A stretch of 63,532 nt of DNA, counting the filler, from Globobulimina sp. (Eukaryota): NCBI GenBank assembly GCA_003354225.1. It is 42 parts of 42 records of this genome, joined end to end, with 100 filler letters (N's around TTAATTAATTAA, not from the genome) between each part and the next. Parts side by side here need not be neighbours in the genome. Positions count along the whole stretch, not along the records: positions 24,258 to 25,672 come from PIVH01017036.1; positions 25,773 to 27,187 come from PIVH01017037.1; positions 27,288 to 28,702 come from PIVH01017038.1; positions 28,803 to 30,217 come from PIVH01017039.1; positions 30,318 to 31,732 come from PIVH01017040.1; positions 31,833 to 33,247 come from PIVH01017041.1; positions 33,348 to 34,762 come from PIVH01017042.1; positions 34,863 to 36,277 come from PIVH01017043.1; 34 more parts are not named here. One strand, written 5' to 3'. Both the position numbers and the translations under genes were made by a program. The notes under the pieces were generated by a model. That model was not told the DNA's origin. It worked only from the letters and a program-made list of their open reading frames with translations, and did no database searches. Below, one piece after another: positions 24,158-36,636 of this stretch; the stretch's first letter is position 1; each line of letters starts with the position of its first letter.

Positions 24158-24449
24158 NNNNNNNNNNNNNNNNNNNNNNNNNNNNNNNNNNNNNNNNNNN
24201 NTTAATTAATTAANNNNNNNNNNNNNNNNNNNNNNNNNNNNNNNNNNNNNNNNNNNNTAAAAATAACAAATGGAAACGTCAACTCCAGTCACAACAATAT
24301 CCTCTCACACGTTCCTCATCCTTCATATCATCCATTGGTACTGTACACATCCATTACAACTCACTACCAACACGTCAACAAAAAAAATAAAAAAATAAAA
24401 AACAGATATATTCCACACCACACACATCCATCCCATTGCTCTTTTAGCC

Positions 24450-25672
24450 ATGAAAGTGTTCGCCTTCTCCATCCTATACCATTTAGTCGAGGAAAAAACG
24501 TCGAAATCCATTGCCGGCTTCAACTATAGTTGGTATATAACCTTCTTTGAGCTCTCATGTGCCTTCTTATTAGAATGCATAGAGCGTATTTCTATCGTTT
24601 TCAACCAACTCAACACGAACACCGCCAACCTCTCCATCATCGATGAAGAGGCGCAGTCTCTCCTCAACACAGACACCAACCACAACCACAACAACCACCA
24701 CAACCACCATACCAATGACACACCGCCAAGAATGGGGCTATGTCATCGCTTATACATCTCCTCCATCTCCATACTCTCACTCAGCAATTTATGCAGTTGG
24801 TCGTACCTATTCCTCTCATTCAACTTAGTATTCTCGCGGGGCTTAGCCACCATCGTCCTGCAGTACTACGACATGGATTATCCCACCTATGCCATCTGCA
24901 GAAACTCCAAAATGGTTTTCGTGATGTTTTTATCCGTGGTATGGCTCAAAAAATCGTACCGCTGCGCCGATTGGATATTAGTTCTATTGACCACTGTCTC
25001 TGTCTTATGCTTCAGATTGGCATCGCATGATTTGTGGTTCTCTGCCAATACCATGGTATTTCCACCTTATATTTGAGCGCCAGGATATATACAAAAGTCT
25101 GCAAACACTCTTGAAAGGGCGTACCGTTGCTGTTGTTGAGCACTTTTTTGTCCGCTATGGATAATTCGTGGAAGGAAAAGGTAACCATTGGCATCAAAGG
25201 AATCTCGCCGAATGAAATCTTATTTAATATCAACCTCATCGCCATCAGCATTTTATTTATATATTTAACGCTGTTTTCGTCGGAATTCATTGAGGCCACT
25301 TCCTTTTTGCTGTATAATCCCACTGCTATGCTATGGATGTTATTGCGTGGAATCTCATATGCGCTGTGGATACATTTTAGTGTGGTACTGATTGCCAAAG
25401 CCGGTGCGTTGTTGAACCAATACGTGGCTGCTTCGAGGAAATTGTTTTCGGTGATTTTGTCATTTGTTATGTTTTCGAAACCGTTTTATTTTATGCATGG
25501 CATTGGATTTCTCTTTTTTGTGTCTGCGTGTTTGGTGAAGATAGTAATGGCTCAGAAACAGAAGGAAGTGGTTGATATGGCTGCGGATACGTCGTTGGCG
25601 GAAAAGTTGTCGGATACGGATTGCGATGCGGTGGATATGGACGTGAATGTGAATGTGAATGCGGATGGTGAC
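24450..25672 (+). CDS. UAA/SLC35B-type nucleotide-sugar or PAPS transporter (intron 25056..25117)
   Basis: MDYPTYAICRNSKMVFVM..LKKSY and ASRKLFSVILSFVMFSKPF, with multiple TM helices. Confidence 0.8.
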
Positions 25673-26028
25673 NNNNNNNNNNNNNNNNNNNNNNNNNNNN
25701 NNNNNNNNNNNNNNNNTTAATTAATTAANNNNNNNNNNNNNNNNNNNNNNNNNNNNNNNNNNNNNNNNNNNNTTTAATAAGATGCTCTTCTTGAGCTATC
25801 ATCACATATTATTTGGATAAGTAATCAGAAATTTATAGAAAATTCTATGGATCGCATTACATGATATTGATGAAGACTATGTCTTGAAAGATGCGATTGT
25901 AATGATCTATAGACGAGCCCATTGTTTGTTGTAAAGTTTTTAAAATGTTTTTATTGTTTAAACTAAAATCTTACCTTACCTAAACTCTGACTTTCTAACA
26001 ACGCATATAAACGAAATTATAAAATATT

Positions 26029-26793
26029 TCAAACTAGATTTTGTTGATTGTTGCTTGCTTCATTTAATATCTTCTCTTTTTCCAATTTATTGTTTTTCTC
26101 CTTTAATTTCGCAATCTCACTTTCTTTGAAATCATTTTCTTTTTCTTCGATTTGATGAAAATCATTTAAAACAATGCTCTCTCCTTTATCATATGTCAGC
26201 ATTCCAACAACCAAATAATATGTTTTTTCCAACTGTATATTCCTAAAAGCAATTCCTTGATCACTCCCATTTACTGAATATCCCATTTCTTGTCTTTCAA
26301 AATCAACTCTCATTTCAATTACATCACCGACACTCCATTTAATTCCATATTCTTTACCGTTTCCTAAATGCCATTTCCTACCATCACCTCCATTATATCC
26401 ATAATCTATCTGCTTCCACTTAGCATCAACATTCCTGTTTGATTGAATACCAATGAACATTCCATTCCTTCTTTCCTTGCATGTCAACTTCCATTTATAT
26501 TTATATTTATATTTATTTTTGCTGCTTGCCTCAATTCCTATACTTCCATATGCATTGCCATAACCACCACCATTGATTGTAACAGTTTTCCCATTGTTTG
26601 AGATTGTAATCCGTCTATTAGCAGTTTTGAATGTGTCTACAATATTTTTATAATAATCGCCATAATAATTGTAACAAATTTGATTGATGGATATTGGAAT
26701 GATTTTCTGTTTGATTGTTTTTTGAACTTTTCGTATGTAGCCAGAAACAATTAAAACCTCCATCACTTCAGTTAGCTCACAACAAAAACTCAA
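26029..26793 (-). CDS. SPRY/B30.2-domain protein
   Basis: FIGI..YGYNG.DG...YG..W..GDVIEMRVDF...MGYSVNG.DQGIAF, with an N-terminal LIVSGYIR..IIP motif. Confidence 0.85.
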   Translation of the reverse strand: MSFCCELTEVMEVLIVSGYIRKVQKTIKQKIIPISINQICYNYYGDYYKNIVDTFKTANRRITISNNGKTVTINGGGYGNAYGSIGIEASSKNKYKYKYKWKLTCKERRNGMFIGIQSNRNVDAKWKQIDYGYNGGDGRKWHLGNGKEYGIKWSVGDVIEMRVDFERQEMGYSVNGSDQGIAFRNIQLEKTYYLVVGMLTYDKGESIVLNDFHQIEEKENDFKESEIAKLKEKNNKLEKEKILNEASNNQQNLV

Positions 26794-27287
26794 CCGTTTT
26801 GTGGAATCCTTTCGCAGTGTTTTTTGTGTATTTTTTTAATTATTTTCAGATTGTATGCGGTATTTTTTATATAGATTTGCAAGATGAAGAGGCAACCAAT
26901 CGGATCCTTATTGCAATCGCCAATGAACTTTGCCTGTTGTTCCATCCTTAGCAAACATGAGTGTCTGCCTAGTTAACGCTGCTCTATACACAATAACTTC
27001 TGAAGGAGAATCTTGTATCAATCTAAAAATATAAAGAAATGAATAATTATTTTTTTTGTGTTTATGGGTTATCAATACAGACTGTGTCAGAAATCAGAAT
27101 GAATCTTTGCATTTGGCAACGTCCGTAAACCTCATGCACCAATCCCGATTTTTTATTGTATACCGCGTCTGAAAAATAATTAAGCTGNNNNNNNNNNNNN
27201 NNNNNNNNNNNNNNNNNNNNNNNNNNNNNNNTTAATTAATTAANNNNNNNNNNNNNNNNNNNNNNNNNNNNNNNNNNNNNNNNNNNN

Positions 27288-27539
27288 TGACTTGATGTGT
27301 TTATTTTTACAATGAAGCTTAATTAACGATTTTTGTGCAATTAGATAAGAGTTTGCGTCATAAGAGGTTCCATTTTCTTTCATATCGTTAAATACATTTA
27401 TTATTTGTTGTGGCTCACATTTCTGTTTTGCTAATAATTTAATTCGATGGTTTAAATCGAGGGTTTTATTAATGGCATCTTTCTGTTTCGAAGCGAATTT
27501 TAATTGTCTTTGTAAATCTACATCAGAAACAATTAACAT
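27288..27539 (-). CDS. PPR-like protein, N-terminal part
   Basis: INVFNDMKENGTSYDANSY resembles a PPR repeat. Confidence 0.4.
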
Positions 27540-27851
27540 TTATAGAAATTTCCTAAAAATTCATTCAATGAATTCATACGTGACATTATTATATTAGCAA
27601 AATTTAAAACTTTAAGGATAAGTCATAGTATAAAATGGAGAATACCTTCTTAAAATTGTGTGCCAATTCTATCAAAGCCAACAGAGATAAATATGGTCGC
27701 GACTTTGCAGTATTTTCCAAGAAAAAGAACAAGAAAACCAGACGAATATTAAAAGCAAAGTTAATTTCGTTTTTATTCAATTTGTCATTGTAATCAAATG
27801 TAAACAAACAATCTCATAAATAGACGTTCCAATACTTTTGGAAATTGGCCA

Positions 27852-28702
27852 GTGTTCGAATCAAATGAAGCTAAAACTAGAAACAAAAATAAATCAAACG
27901 CCAAACGTAAAAACTTATCAGTATCAAAATTAGAACAAGCAACGAAAGAAAACCTATTAAACGCAAGAAAAGTCCGCCGTAAATTCGGTATCTATATATT
28001 CCCCGAAGGCGAAACAACCCCTTTACCAATATTTAAATTTGAGCATTTATCGTCAAAACTAAGCATCAATGAAACCGTTTTTGCCAATTTAAAAAAATGG
28101 AAAATTCGCAGACCACTACCCGTGCAAATGCAGGTAATACCGATCATGATCAAAGGACATGAATTGCTATGCTGTGCGCCCACCGGTTGCGGGAAAACAA
28201 TCGCATTCATCATACCAATTCTAACCATCCTGCAAAAAACTATCGATATCAATAATTGTAACACGTTTTGTAACGATTCTGACTCTGCGCCTGCTCCCTT
28301 GCAAGGCGCCGGTGCTATTTCTCAGAGTGTCAAGTGTTTAGTGGTTGCACCATCCACGGTTTTGGCGCACCAAATTTATCGGGAATTTGTGAAATATTCT
28401 CAAGGATTGGAGGTTGGAATTTGTTTATTGGATGAACAGAATGCAACTAATAATACTCAACAAATCCACATTGTCATCTCGACCCCAAAGCCATTGGCAA
28501 AATTAATTCGAAACAATGAAATCCCATTGACGCAGTTACGTGTTTTTGTTAATATTTATTTATAGCTTTTTGCAGCAAAAACGCTTTCAAAACAGGATAG
28601 AGATTGTTGTTTTGGACGAAGCGGATGAACTATTTGACGGCGATAAAGCCATTCATTTAAATGACATCGAACTAATAATATCAAAATGTAATCATCCACA
28701 TA
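27852..28702 (+). CDS. DEAD-box RNA helicase, ROK1/DDX52-like (intron 28535..28595; 3' partial)
   Basis: Q motif PLPVQMQVIP, CAPTGCGKTIAF, LAHQIYREF, ISTP and LDEAD after splicing. Confidence 0.85.
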
Positions 28703-28802
28703 NNNNNNNNNNNNNNNNNNNNNNNNNNNNNNNNNNNNNNNNNNNNTTAATTAATTAANNNNNNNNNNNNNNNNNNNNNNNNNNNNNNNNNNNNNNNNNN
28801 NN

Positions 28803-29191
28803 TCCATGAATAAATCAGACTCTTCTTGACACGAATTCCGCCCATCAGCGGCAACAACAATAAATGTGGCAATCCCTACTGCGCCAAACAGAAATGCTAA
28901 AATATTCATTGGGTTCAAGGCAATAAGCACTCCCAACAAACAGCAGTGCGCCAAAGCTGCTCTCTGCGTGGCTCCAGATCCGTGTTCTCGCTCTCGATCA
29001 GAAAATATTGAGGCTGTCATATCCGTGGAGATTAGTCTGGCCATACTGACACTCTTTAGGTTCATTAGCTCGTCAGCTGTTTCTTTATCTGTTTCTGTTT
29101 TCTTGTCCAAAGCCGTATAATCAGCCGTTACCGTCGTAATCAGCGCATCTCTCTGTTCTATTCCTGACACATTATCAGGTGCCTTCGACAT
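28803..29191 (-). CDS. Membrane protein, N-terminal part
   Basis: ORF with two hydrophobic segments, open at the contig edge. Confidence 0.5.
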
Positions 29192-29404
29192 ATGTTTCTC
29201 TGTTTTGTTTGTTTGATGGATCTGCAATAGAATACACGTAATATTATGTAATTATATTATAAATCTACTACCTGCTGTCTTTACGTATGCTAAAAATTCA
29301 GTATTGGAAACCTTCGTTGTTGTGTTAGTTAAATCAGCCATTACTAGTAAGAGCGTAGGGTCAGTCCAGTGTTTTGTTCAACAGTTTTCACCATACAAAC
29401 AATC

Positions 29405-30217
29405 ATGCTTTATTTCATTGGACGTAATGAGTGGGGTGGATTTGGTGATGGTGATACAAAAGAGATAAAACAATTAAGTGCACCAAATTGGAGCCAAAAC
29501 CTACGAATTTCACAGATTTATAATGGATATGAATTCAGTATTTATCAAGATTCAAACAATAGATTTTATTCTGCTGGAAATAATGAGTATGGATCATGTA
29601 TTCAAGAAAAGAAAGAAGATAAAATGATGAAAGCATGCAATATCAAATCATTACAAGGAATCGCAATTAAATCCATATTTTGTAATCCAGTCTCATTCCA
29701 TGGATTTATATTAACAAAACAGAATAAATTATATGGATTTGGGCAGAATGTCTGTGGACAATTAGGTGCTGGTACATTATCACATAAATATTCATTAACA
29801 GAGATCCCATTCAATCATGGCATTATTAAAGATATTAAATGTGCTGCTTGTTATTCATTATTATTAACAATGTCTGGCGAAGTTTATGCCACTGATTATT
29901 CTGAGTATGGTGGTAATGGACAAAAACTAAAAAATGAGAATGTAGCAAAAAGATGGAATTGTATCCAATGGACAACAGACGGATGGTTTACAAATACAAA
30001 GCATAAACTTACAAATATTGCAAAAATTGCCAGTGGTTACGCACATTCTCTTTGTTTAGATTCAAATGGTAATGTTTTATCATTCGGATATAATTATTCA
30101 GGTCAATTAGGATTAGGCACAAAAGACAAGAATCCACATATTAAACCAACAGTAATTCCATTCAAGATTTCTGTCATTGATATTTGTGGTGGTTTTTCGC
30201 ATTCAATTTTATTATGT
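29405..30217 (+). CDS. RCC1-repeat protein (3' partial)
   Basis: Repeats G.N..GQLG, IASGYAHSLCL and ICGGFSHSILL. Confidence 0.9.
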
Positions 30218-30317
30218 NNNNNNNNNNNNNNNNNNNNNNNNNNNNNNNNNNNNNNNNNNNNTTAATTAATTAANNNNNNNNNNNNNNNNNNNNNNNNNNN
30301 NNNNNNNNNNNNNNNNN

Positions 30318-31732
30318 TTGATTTGTTGTATATGTTTTAAGAGCAAGATTAAATGCTATTGCCGAGTCTGTTATGATAAATATTCTTTTATTTTTGGTTT
30401 GTATGCAGAGTTTTTTGAGTGATTCTAATGAACTGATCATTCAGATTCGTCATTCATATTTGTCAGAAATCAATTTTGAAATGACCGGTCTTTTTGTGTA
30501 TACGCATTTTGTGTATACCAAATTTATATAATTTATATAATTAAGTAATTGTTTGATTTTCATTATTGCTGTAGTTTCAGCTATATTATTTGTTTCAGTT
30601 CCTAGTGCTTGTGCAAAGTAGTATTTTCTGTATTTATGTTCAATATATATTCCATATCCTGCTTTTCCATCTTTGCCACTTCCATCTGTTGCTACAATTA
30701 TGTCATTTTGTGTAATTTTATTTTGTTTTTATATTTTTGCCAATCTGCTCGTGTTGGGCACCATGCATGGTATGTATAGTTATTTTTTAGTTTGTTTATA
30801 TTTATTGAGCTTTGTGGTTACTGTGGTTTTCTGTGGATTGTTTTTATAATGGTCTAGTGTTATTAGATGTGTAATGTGGTACCATTCTGCAAGTTTTGAT
30901 GAGTGTGCTGTTCTTGATTTTGTTGTTGTCTTTTTTTATCGTACCATGTAAGTTTAATATGTTTTAGTTTTATTTTTTCTGTTTGTTTATGTGTTATTAT
31001 ATGATTTGCTCCACTTGCTAATTTCCAAAATTCTTTATATTTACCTCTATTGAATGCGCTAATAGTTTTTAGTGTGTGTTGTGAAAATCTAGTTTGGTGG
31101 GTGTGATTTGGTTTATTACTTATTTTGGCTAATTCATTGTGTGCTTGTGTCCAATATCGTTTACAGAGTTTGTTTAGATGTGGACATGAGAGGATGATAT
31201 GTTTTTCAATTGTGTTTTGGTCTGGTGCTATATATTGTTGGCATAGGTTACATGTATTGTGTTGTTTCATATGTTTTGCTAGATTTCCAAAATTGTAAAA
31301 TAGTTTTCTGTATTGTCGAAGGTATGTGATTTTTATTGAAGTTTTTGTGGCTGTTTCGTCAATTAGCTGGAAAGTTTGCCATTTATCTGGACAAAAGTTG
31401 ATTATTTGTAGTGGATGTTGGGGTGTAGTTGTTGGAGATTATGTGTGTTTATTTTTTTGATAATATATGCTTGAAATTCTTTCTGTGTTATTGGAGGGTT
31501 GGTTTCTAATTGTTCTTGTGTTAGGTCTTGCATTATGATGTCTGGATGTGGTGGTTGCTCATTCATACTGTTTGTTTGGGAATTATTATTGTTGGTTTGA
31601 AGGTAGTTGAGTGAATTATGATTCTGCGTCTTATAGCAGTTATCCCTGTAGTTTCACAACTGATATGGAGTGTTGTTATATCCAAACTTGCTATAGTGTA
31701 GTATTAAGCCTTCGAAAAAATAAATCTAAGTC
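30318..31732 (-). mobile_element. Degenerate non-LTR retrotransposon 3' region (CCHC finger followed by RNase H)
   Basis: CNLC..HIILSC finger (ORF 30863..31270). Manual translation of about 30720-30318 gives IIVATDGS..AGYG..TNNIAETTAI..IFIITDS. Stops, frameshifts and an A/C-rich coding strand are present. Confidence 0.8.
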
Positions 31733-31833
31733 NNNNNNNNNNNNNNNNNNNNNNNNNNNNNNNNNNNNNNNNNNNNTTAATTAATTAANNNNNNNNNNNN
31801 NNNNNNNNNNNNNNNNNNNNNNNNNNNNNNNNG

Positions 31834-32085
31834 TTGTCAAAGAAATTAAAAATATCTCTAATTATAATGCATGGAAGATGGTATTTATGCGTTCCAAACA
31901 GAATACCATTATACAATGTGACTGGGGCAATAGTTGTAAATAAATATGCAAATAATCCAATAGCAAAACCTACACAACAACAAATTGATGAATTTCATGA
32001 AGAAATACTGACAGCTACAAAATTATTGTTTGATCAACATAAAGGAATATATGGATGGGCTGATAAGCAACTTGTATTTGTATAA
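31834..32085 (+). CDS. DGAT2/MOGAT-family acyltransferase C-terminus
   Basis: PNRIPLYNVTG..I..PTQQQIDEFHE..LFDQHKGIYG. Confidence 0.75.
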   Translation: MSKKLKISLIIMHGRWYLCVPNRIPLYNVTGAIVVNKYANNPIAKPTQQQIDEFHEEILTATKLLFDQHKGIYGWADKQLVFV

Positions 32086-32578
32086 AATAAATAATTATTA
32101 CAGTCGCGATCCTTTAGTGAAATTACACAAATCTTGTATTGATGTCCGTGAGTGTCCGAGTGCAGAAAACTAAATAAATAATACCAAGCAATAAATAACC
32201 CAGGTTTGTGATAGGGAGTGAATAAAAGTAATATGTGGATATCAGACACGATAATTTCACCTTCACCATAGCGACGGCAATATCATTGATTTCTTAGTGT
32301 TTTGAAGATATTACTATATCTATTTTGAACCACCAAAAGGAATAAGTATAAAACACGATACTGCCCACAATGTGATATCAGTGTAGAATCCTACGAGACG
32401 TTGATGAAAATCATAGATAAAAAAGTTTTCGCAAACCAAAGTGAACCAAACCATAACCATTCCAACTTGACATTCCAACCCAGTTAATATAGCATTATCT
32501 AACATTCCAACACACCAAACCACCAATATTATGTGCAAGGATATCATACATACACTAATACACAGACCAAACAAGAAA

Positions 32579-33247
32579 ATGGATATGGAACTGGATGCTT
32601 TTGCAGATTCCGCCGTCGAACGTGCAGCAAACCAAGGTGGAGCATTAATGGATATGTCACAAGAATGGCCACCTCGACATATAGTAAAATATAATTACGA
32701 TGGACACTTATCCGAAGTAAATTCATTGGTAGATATGAATTTAAATGATGACGAACCGATGCTTGGTGATATTAAATCAGCTGAAGAACAGCCATTAGTC
32801 TCTGGCGACATTGATCTCGATCCACGCAAAAACAAGCAAATCAATCACAACATGAATATGAATATGGTAATAAGACACGGTTCTGGCATAAAAGAAGCAA
32901 TCCGCTCAAAAATGCAGTCACAGACAAAATCACAAAAAAACGTACATAACGCACCAAACTCAAATTTAACTACAACAGCTTGGTGCATTGCTTTATTTTA
33001 TTGGATTCCGATCCGATACTTATGCTTCATTGGAAACTTGGCATTATTTATTTTGCCATTCCTCGACGTACGCTTTCAATCTGGCATAACGTTCGTGGAA
33101 TGGTTGTTGTATTGGTACATCCAATTATTTGCTATAATCGCTATCTTTATTGAGTCACCAACATGGATTTTAACACGAAAAATTCAGTTAACCATTTATA
33201 AATGGTGCAGAGTATTACGTCGTAAGTGGGGAAGAGAAATGTTTTAT
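32579..33247 (+). CDS. Membrane protein, COPI-associated/TVP15-like (3' partial)
   Basis: Two TM helices, then YIQLFAIIAIFIE..L...GREMFY. Confidence 0.5.
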
Positions 33248-33514
33248 NNNNNNNNNNNNNNNNNNNNNNNNNNNNNNNNNNNNNNNNNNNNTTAATTAAT
33301 TAANNNNNNNNNNNNNNNNNNNNNNNNNNNNNNNNNNNNNNNNNNNNTAACAATTACAATTCAAAAAAAAATAAATACTACAAAATACTAAAAAAAATGA
33401 CGCGACATACACATCATCACATGTATCATCCCTATTTTACATCGTTTGATCGTTTTATAATTATGGCAATTACCTATTTAATAATATATAATGTAAATAT
33501 GTCCTATGTCTGAA

Positions 33515-34492
33515 TTATAATATGCCTGACCACACAATTCCGAATACCAGAGACAAATCCATATGAACACCACCATTCTGACCACTTTTCAGATCAATGC
33601 AACATGTTTCTGGCTCTTCCATATTTGAACCAGTATGCTCCGCAATCCATGGATGACATTCAATATCTTTCGCAGAATATCTCTTTGCTGGATCGACCTG
33701 CAACAAACAGGTAACTAAATCCTTAGCGCCCTCTGATATATTATGCCAACGCGCAGAGTCAAAGTCATATTTGCCGTTCACAATCAACTCATAAATCTCA
33801 TACACTGATTCTGATTTAAATGGTTGGTCCCCAGCCAATAACAGATACAAAATCACGCCCACCGACCATAGATCGCTTTTGTTGTCATAGCCGTTATTGG
33901 ATAGTACTTCTGGTGCCACATAGCGCGGAGTGCCACAAGTTGTATGCAGCAACACTGACTGATATGCACTGTCAGCATCGGATGCATTCAGCCGTTGATA
34001 AAAGCGAGCCAGTCCAAAATCTGATATTTTGATAGTGCCATCCAAGCCAAATAAGATGTTTTGAGGTTTAATGTCGCGATGTATGACGCCATTGTTATGC
34101 AAATGCTGTAAAGCTTTGGATAATGCATAGATTATTTGTGCAGCTTTTCTTTCAGAGAAATGTTTCTGTTTCGAAGCAACCATTTGTTCAAATAAGTCTT
34201 TGTCGTTACACATTTCTAATATGAGATAGACGAATTTGCCATCATCGAACACATCGACTAATTTGATGATATTTTCGTGAGATATTTTTTTTAATATTAA
34301 TATCTCGTTTCGTAATGCAATGCGTTCTTTGGAAGATAGGCGCGTTTTGTCTATTATTTTGACTGCGAATTCTGCCGAATCATGTTTACGAGAACATTGC
34401 CTGACTGTGGCGAACGATCCAACTCCGATTTGTTTTCCTAATGTATAAAGGTTGTGGAAGCTCTTTTCGTTTAAAGAACTAACTGAGCCCAT
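33515..34492 (-). CDS. CAMK-group Ser/Thr kinase, probably N-myristoylated
   Basis: GVGSFA, AVK, HRDIKPQN, DFG and CGTPRYVAPE motifs; N-terminus MGSVSS. Confidence 0.95.
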   Translation of the reverse strand: MGSVSSLNEKSFHNLYTLGKQIGVGSFATVRQCSRKHDSAEFAVKIIDKTRLSSKERIALRNEILILKKISHENIIKLVDVFDDGKFVYLILEMCNDKDLFEQMVASKQKHFSERKAAQIIYALSKALQHLHNNGVIHRDIKPQNILFGLDGTIKISDFGLARFYQRLNASDADSAYQSVLLHTTCGTPRYVAPEVLSNNGYDNKSDLWSVGVILYLLLAGDQPFKSESVYEIYELIVNGKYDFDSARWHNISEGAKDLVTCLLQVDPAKRYSAKDIECHPWIAEHTGSNMEEPETCCIDLKSGQNGGVHMDLSLVFGIVWSGIL

Positions 34493-34862
34493 TGTCGATA
34501 AAATAGATAATTGTACTAAAGTAGTGGTAGTGAAGATGTTTTTTTTTGTTTAATAAATCTTTTTTTGTTTGCAATAAAGTAAGGTGAACCAGTCAATATT
34601 ATTATGAGTAAACGTACTTACACAGCATGAGAATAATAAAGTTTATATTTTGAACCTGGCACAGCAACACTTTCTAGCTCATTTATGGTCAAATCACATG
34701 TCAATTTCACATCATTTACATCCTCAATCTTATCCAAATTATTCCCTTTTTTATACGCATTCNNNNNNNNNNNNNNNNNNNNNNNNNNNNNNNNNNNNNN
34801 NNNNNNTTAATTAATTAANNNNNNNNNNNNNNNNNNNNNNNNNNNNNNNNNNNNNNNNNNNN

Positions 34863-35747
34863 GACGGTCATTTCTGTCCAACTATCACCTCCATCGATGG
34901 ATTTCCAAATTCCGCTACCCTCACCAAACGAATGTCTGTACTCAAGTCCCCTAGTGCGCTCCCACATTGCCGCATAGAATATATCTGGATTTTGGGGATG
35001 TTGAACAAGGTCGATAGCTGCCACAGTATCATTTACGAACAACATGCGTTCCCAGGTATCGCCTGCATCTAAACTGCCATAAATCCCTGTTTGTTCACTT
35101 GGTGTAAATAAGCTTCCACAAGCAGCAGCATATATTCGGTCTGAGTTATTATAGTCCACGATAATCCTTCCAATATATGCTGAAAGTTCCAATCCCGAAT
35201 GTTCCCATGAGTCACCCGCATCTGTAGATTTGTATATCCCGTTACCAATAAAACTAAAACTTGAGGAATTGGCTTCACCGGTTCCAGCATAGATAACATC
35301 CTCATCATTAGGGTCAATTGCAATGTCCCCGATAGAAATTAAATCAACACCATCGAACTTATATACCCAACTTGCGCCATTATCGGTGGATTTCCAAACC
35401 CCACCTGTTGCAGCACCTAGATAAATAGTTTCAGGAGAATCCGGATGCCCCTCAATATCTGTAATTCGTCCTCCAATATTAGTGGGTCCGACAAATTCCC
35501 ACGTATAATCCAACAACTTTGAAGAATTGCGAAAAGATTGAACTTCGCTTATTGCCTGCAAATAATTTTCTTGATTTATGGCATTGTATGGATACATCCG
35601 TTGATGTGCCATATACTCTCCAGGTGCTAACTGCACTTCATTATTTGTGGCTTTTTGTGATTTATCGTTTTGATTCCAAATATCAAATTTCACAATTACA
35701 GTTCCTAAAATTAATATTAGCAATGCTGGGATAGCGTATTTTTTCAT
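34863..35747 (-). CDS. Bacterial secreted VPS10/BNR-repeat beta-propeller protein (3' partial)
   Basis: WEFVGPTNIGGRITDI, repeated S.D.G.SW Asp-boxes, IYAGTGE, and a signal peptide. Confidence 0.9.
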
Positions 35748-36105
35748 CTCTTAAAATTTACTTTTTAAATAACTAAAACTTACGATAATCATTAAAATGT
35801 GACATTTAGAAGTTGTTGTATAATTAATTGTCAATTCATTTTTGGAGAACCTACTAATCATACTATATATCTGACAATATTATTATTAAATCCGTTGCGG
35901 ACTATAAATATTCTAATTAAATAATCATGCTAAAATAATATTTGTTTAATCCCACAATCAGACTTATTAACAATACATTAGGTCAGGAGTTTGTTAATAA
36001 GTTGGCATTTACCCAGTGTTTTGCCATTATCATGCTGATTTTCTGCACATAAACAATTTTCGCTAAGTTATTAAATTGTTGAAAACGTAACCTTTTATTA
36101 ACAAT

Positions 36106-36158
36106 GTGGTATAATGTGGTAAATTATGTATAATTGTGGTAAATAGTTAGTACATTTG
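36106..36158 (+). promoter_or_regulatory. MraZ operator repeats and Bacteroidota-type -7 promoter box
   Basis: GTGGT at 36106, 36116 and 36136 (10-bp phase, degenerate copy at 36126). TACATTTG at 36151-36158 matches TAnnTTTG. Confidence 0.75.
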
Positions 36159-36179
36159 AGCCATAATTCTGAGTAAGTA

Positions 36180-36277
36180 ATGATCAACATATTAGGTACA
36201 TACGAGTGTAAAGTGGATGCGAAGGGAAGATTTATGTTACCAGCGCAATACAAGTTGCAACTGGGGGATGCACAAAA
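36180..36277 (+). CDS. mraZ: Division/cell wall cluster repressor MraZ (N-terminus; not in the ORF track)
   Basis: MINILGTYECKVDAKGRFMLPAQYK contains the DxKGR motif. Confidence 0.92.
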
Positions 36278-36636
36278 NNNNNNNNNNNNNNNNNNNNNNN
36301 NNNNNNNNNNNNNNNNNNNNNTTAATTAATTAANNNNNNNNNNNNNNNNNNNNNNNNNNNNNNNNNNNNNNNNNNNNGCAATAATGCAGGCACATATTTG
36401 TTTATAATCCCATGGTTTTTTTGGCCCCGATCCTTGAGCTTTTTTAGGTTTTTTATCAGTTGGCCTTATCCATTCTCCTCGGTCATACACGGTACACATC
36501 ATATTAATAATGACTCTGCCTAATTTTGCATCATCTAAACAATGCGTTAACTCTGCAATTATTTGATTTTTTTTTTGTAAGTCATCCTCAACAGCAGCAT
36601 TAGTAATGGCTTTCTTTCTAATATCATCACTTTGTG

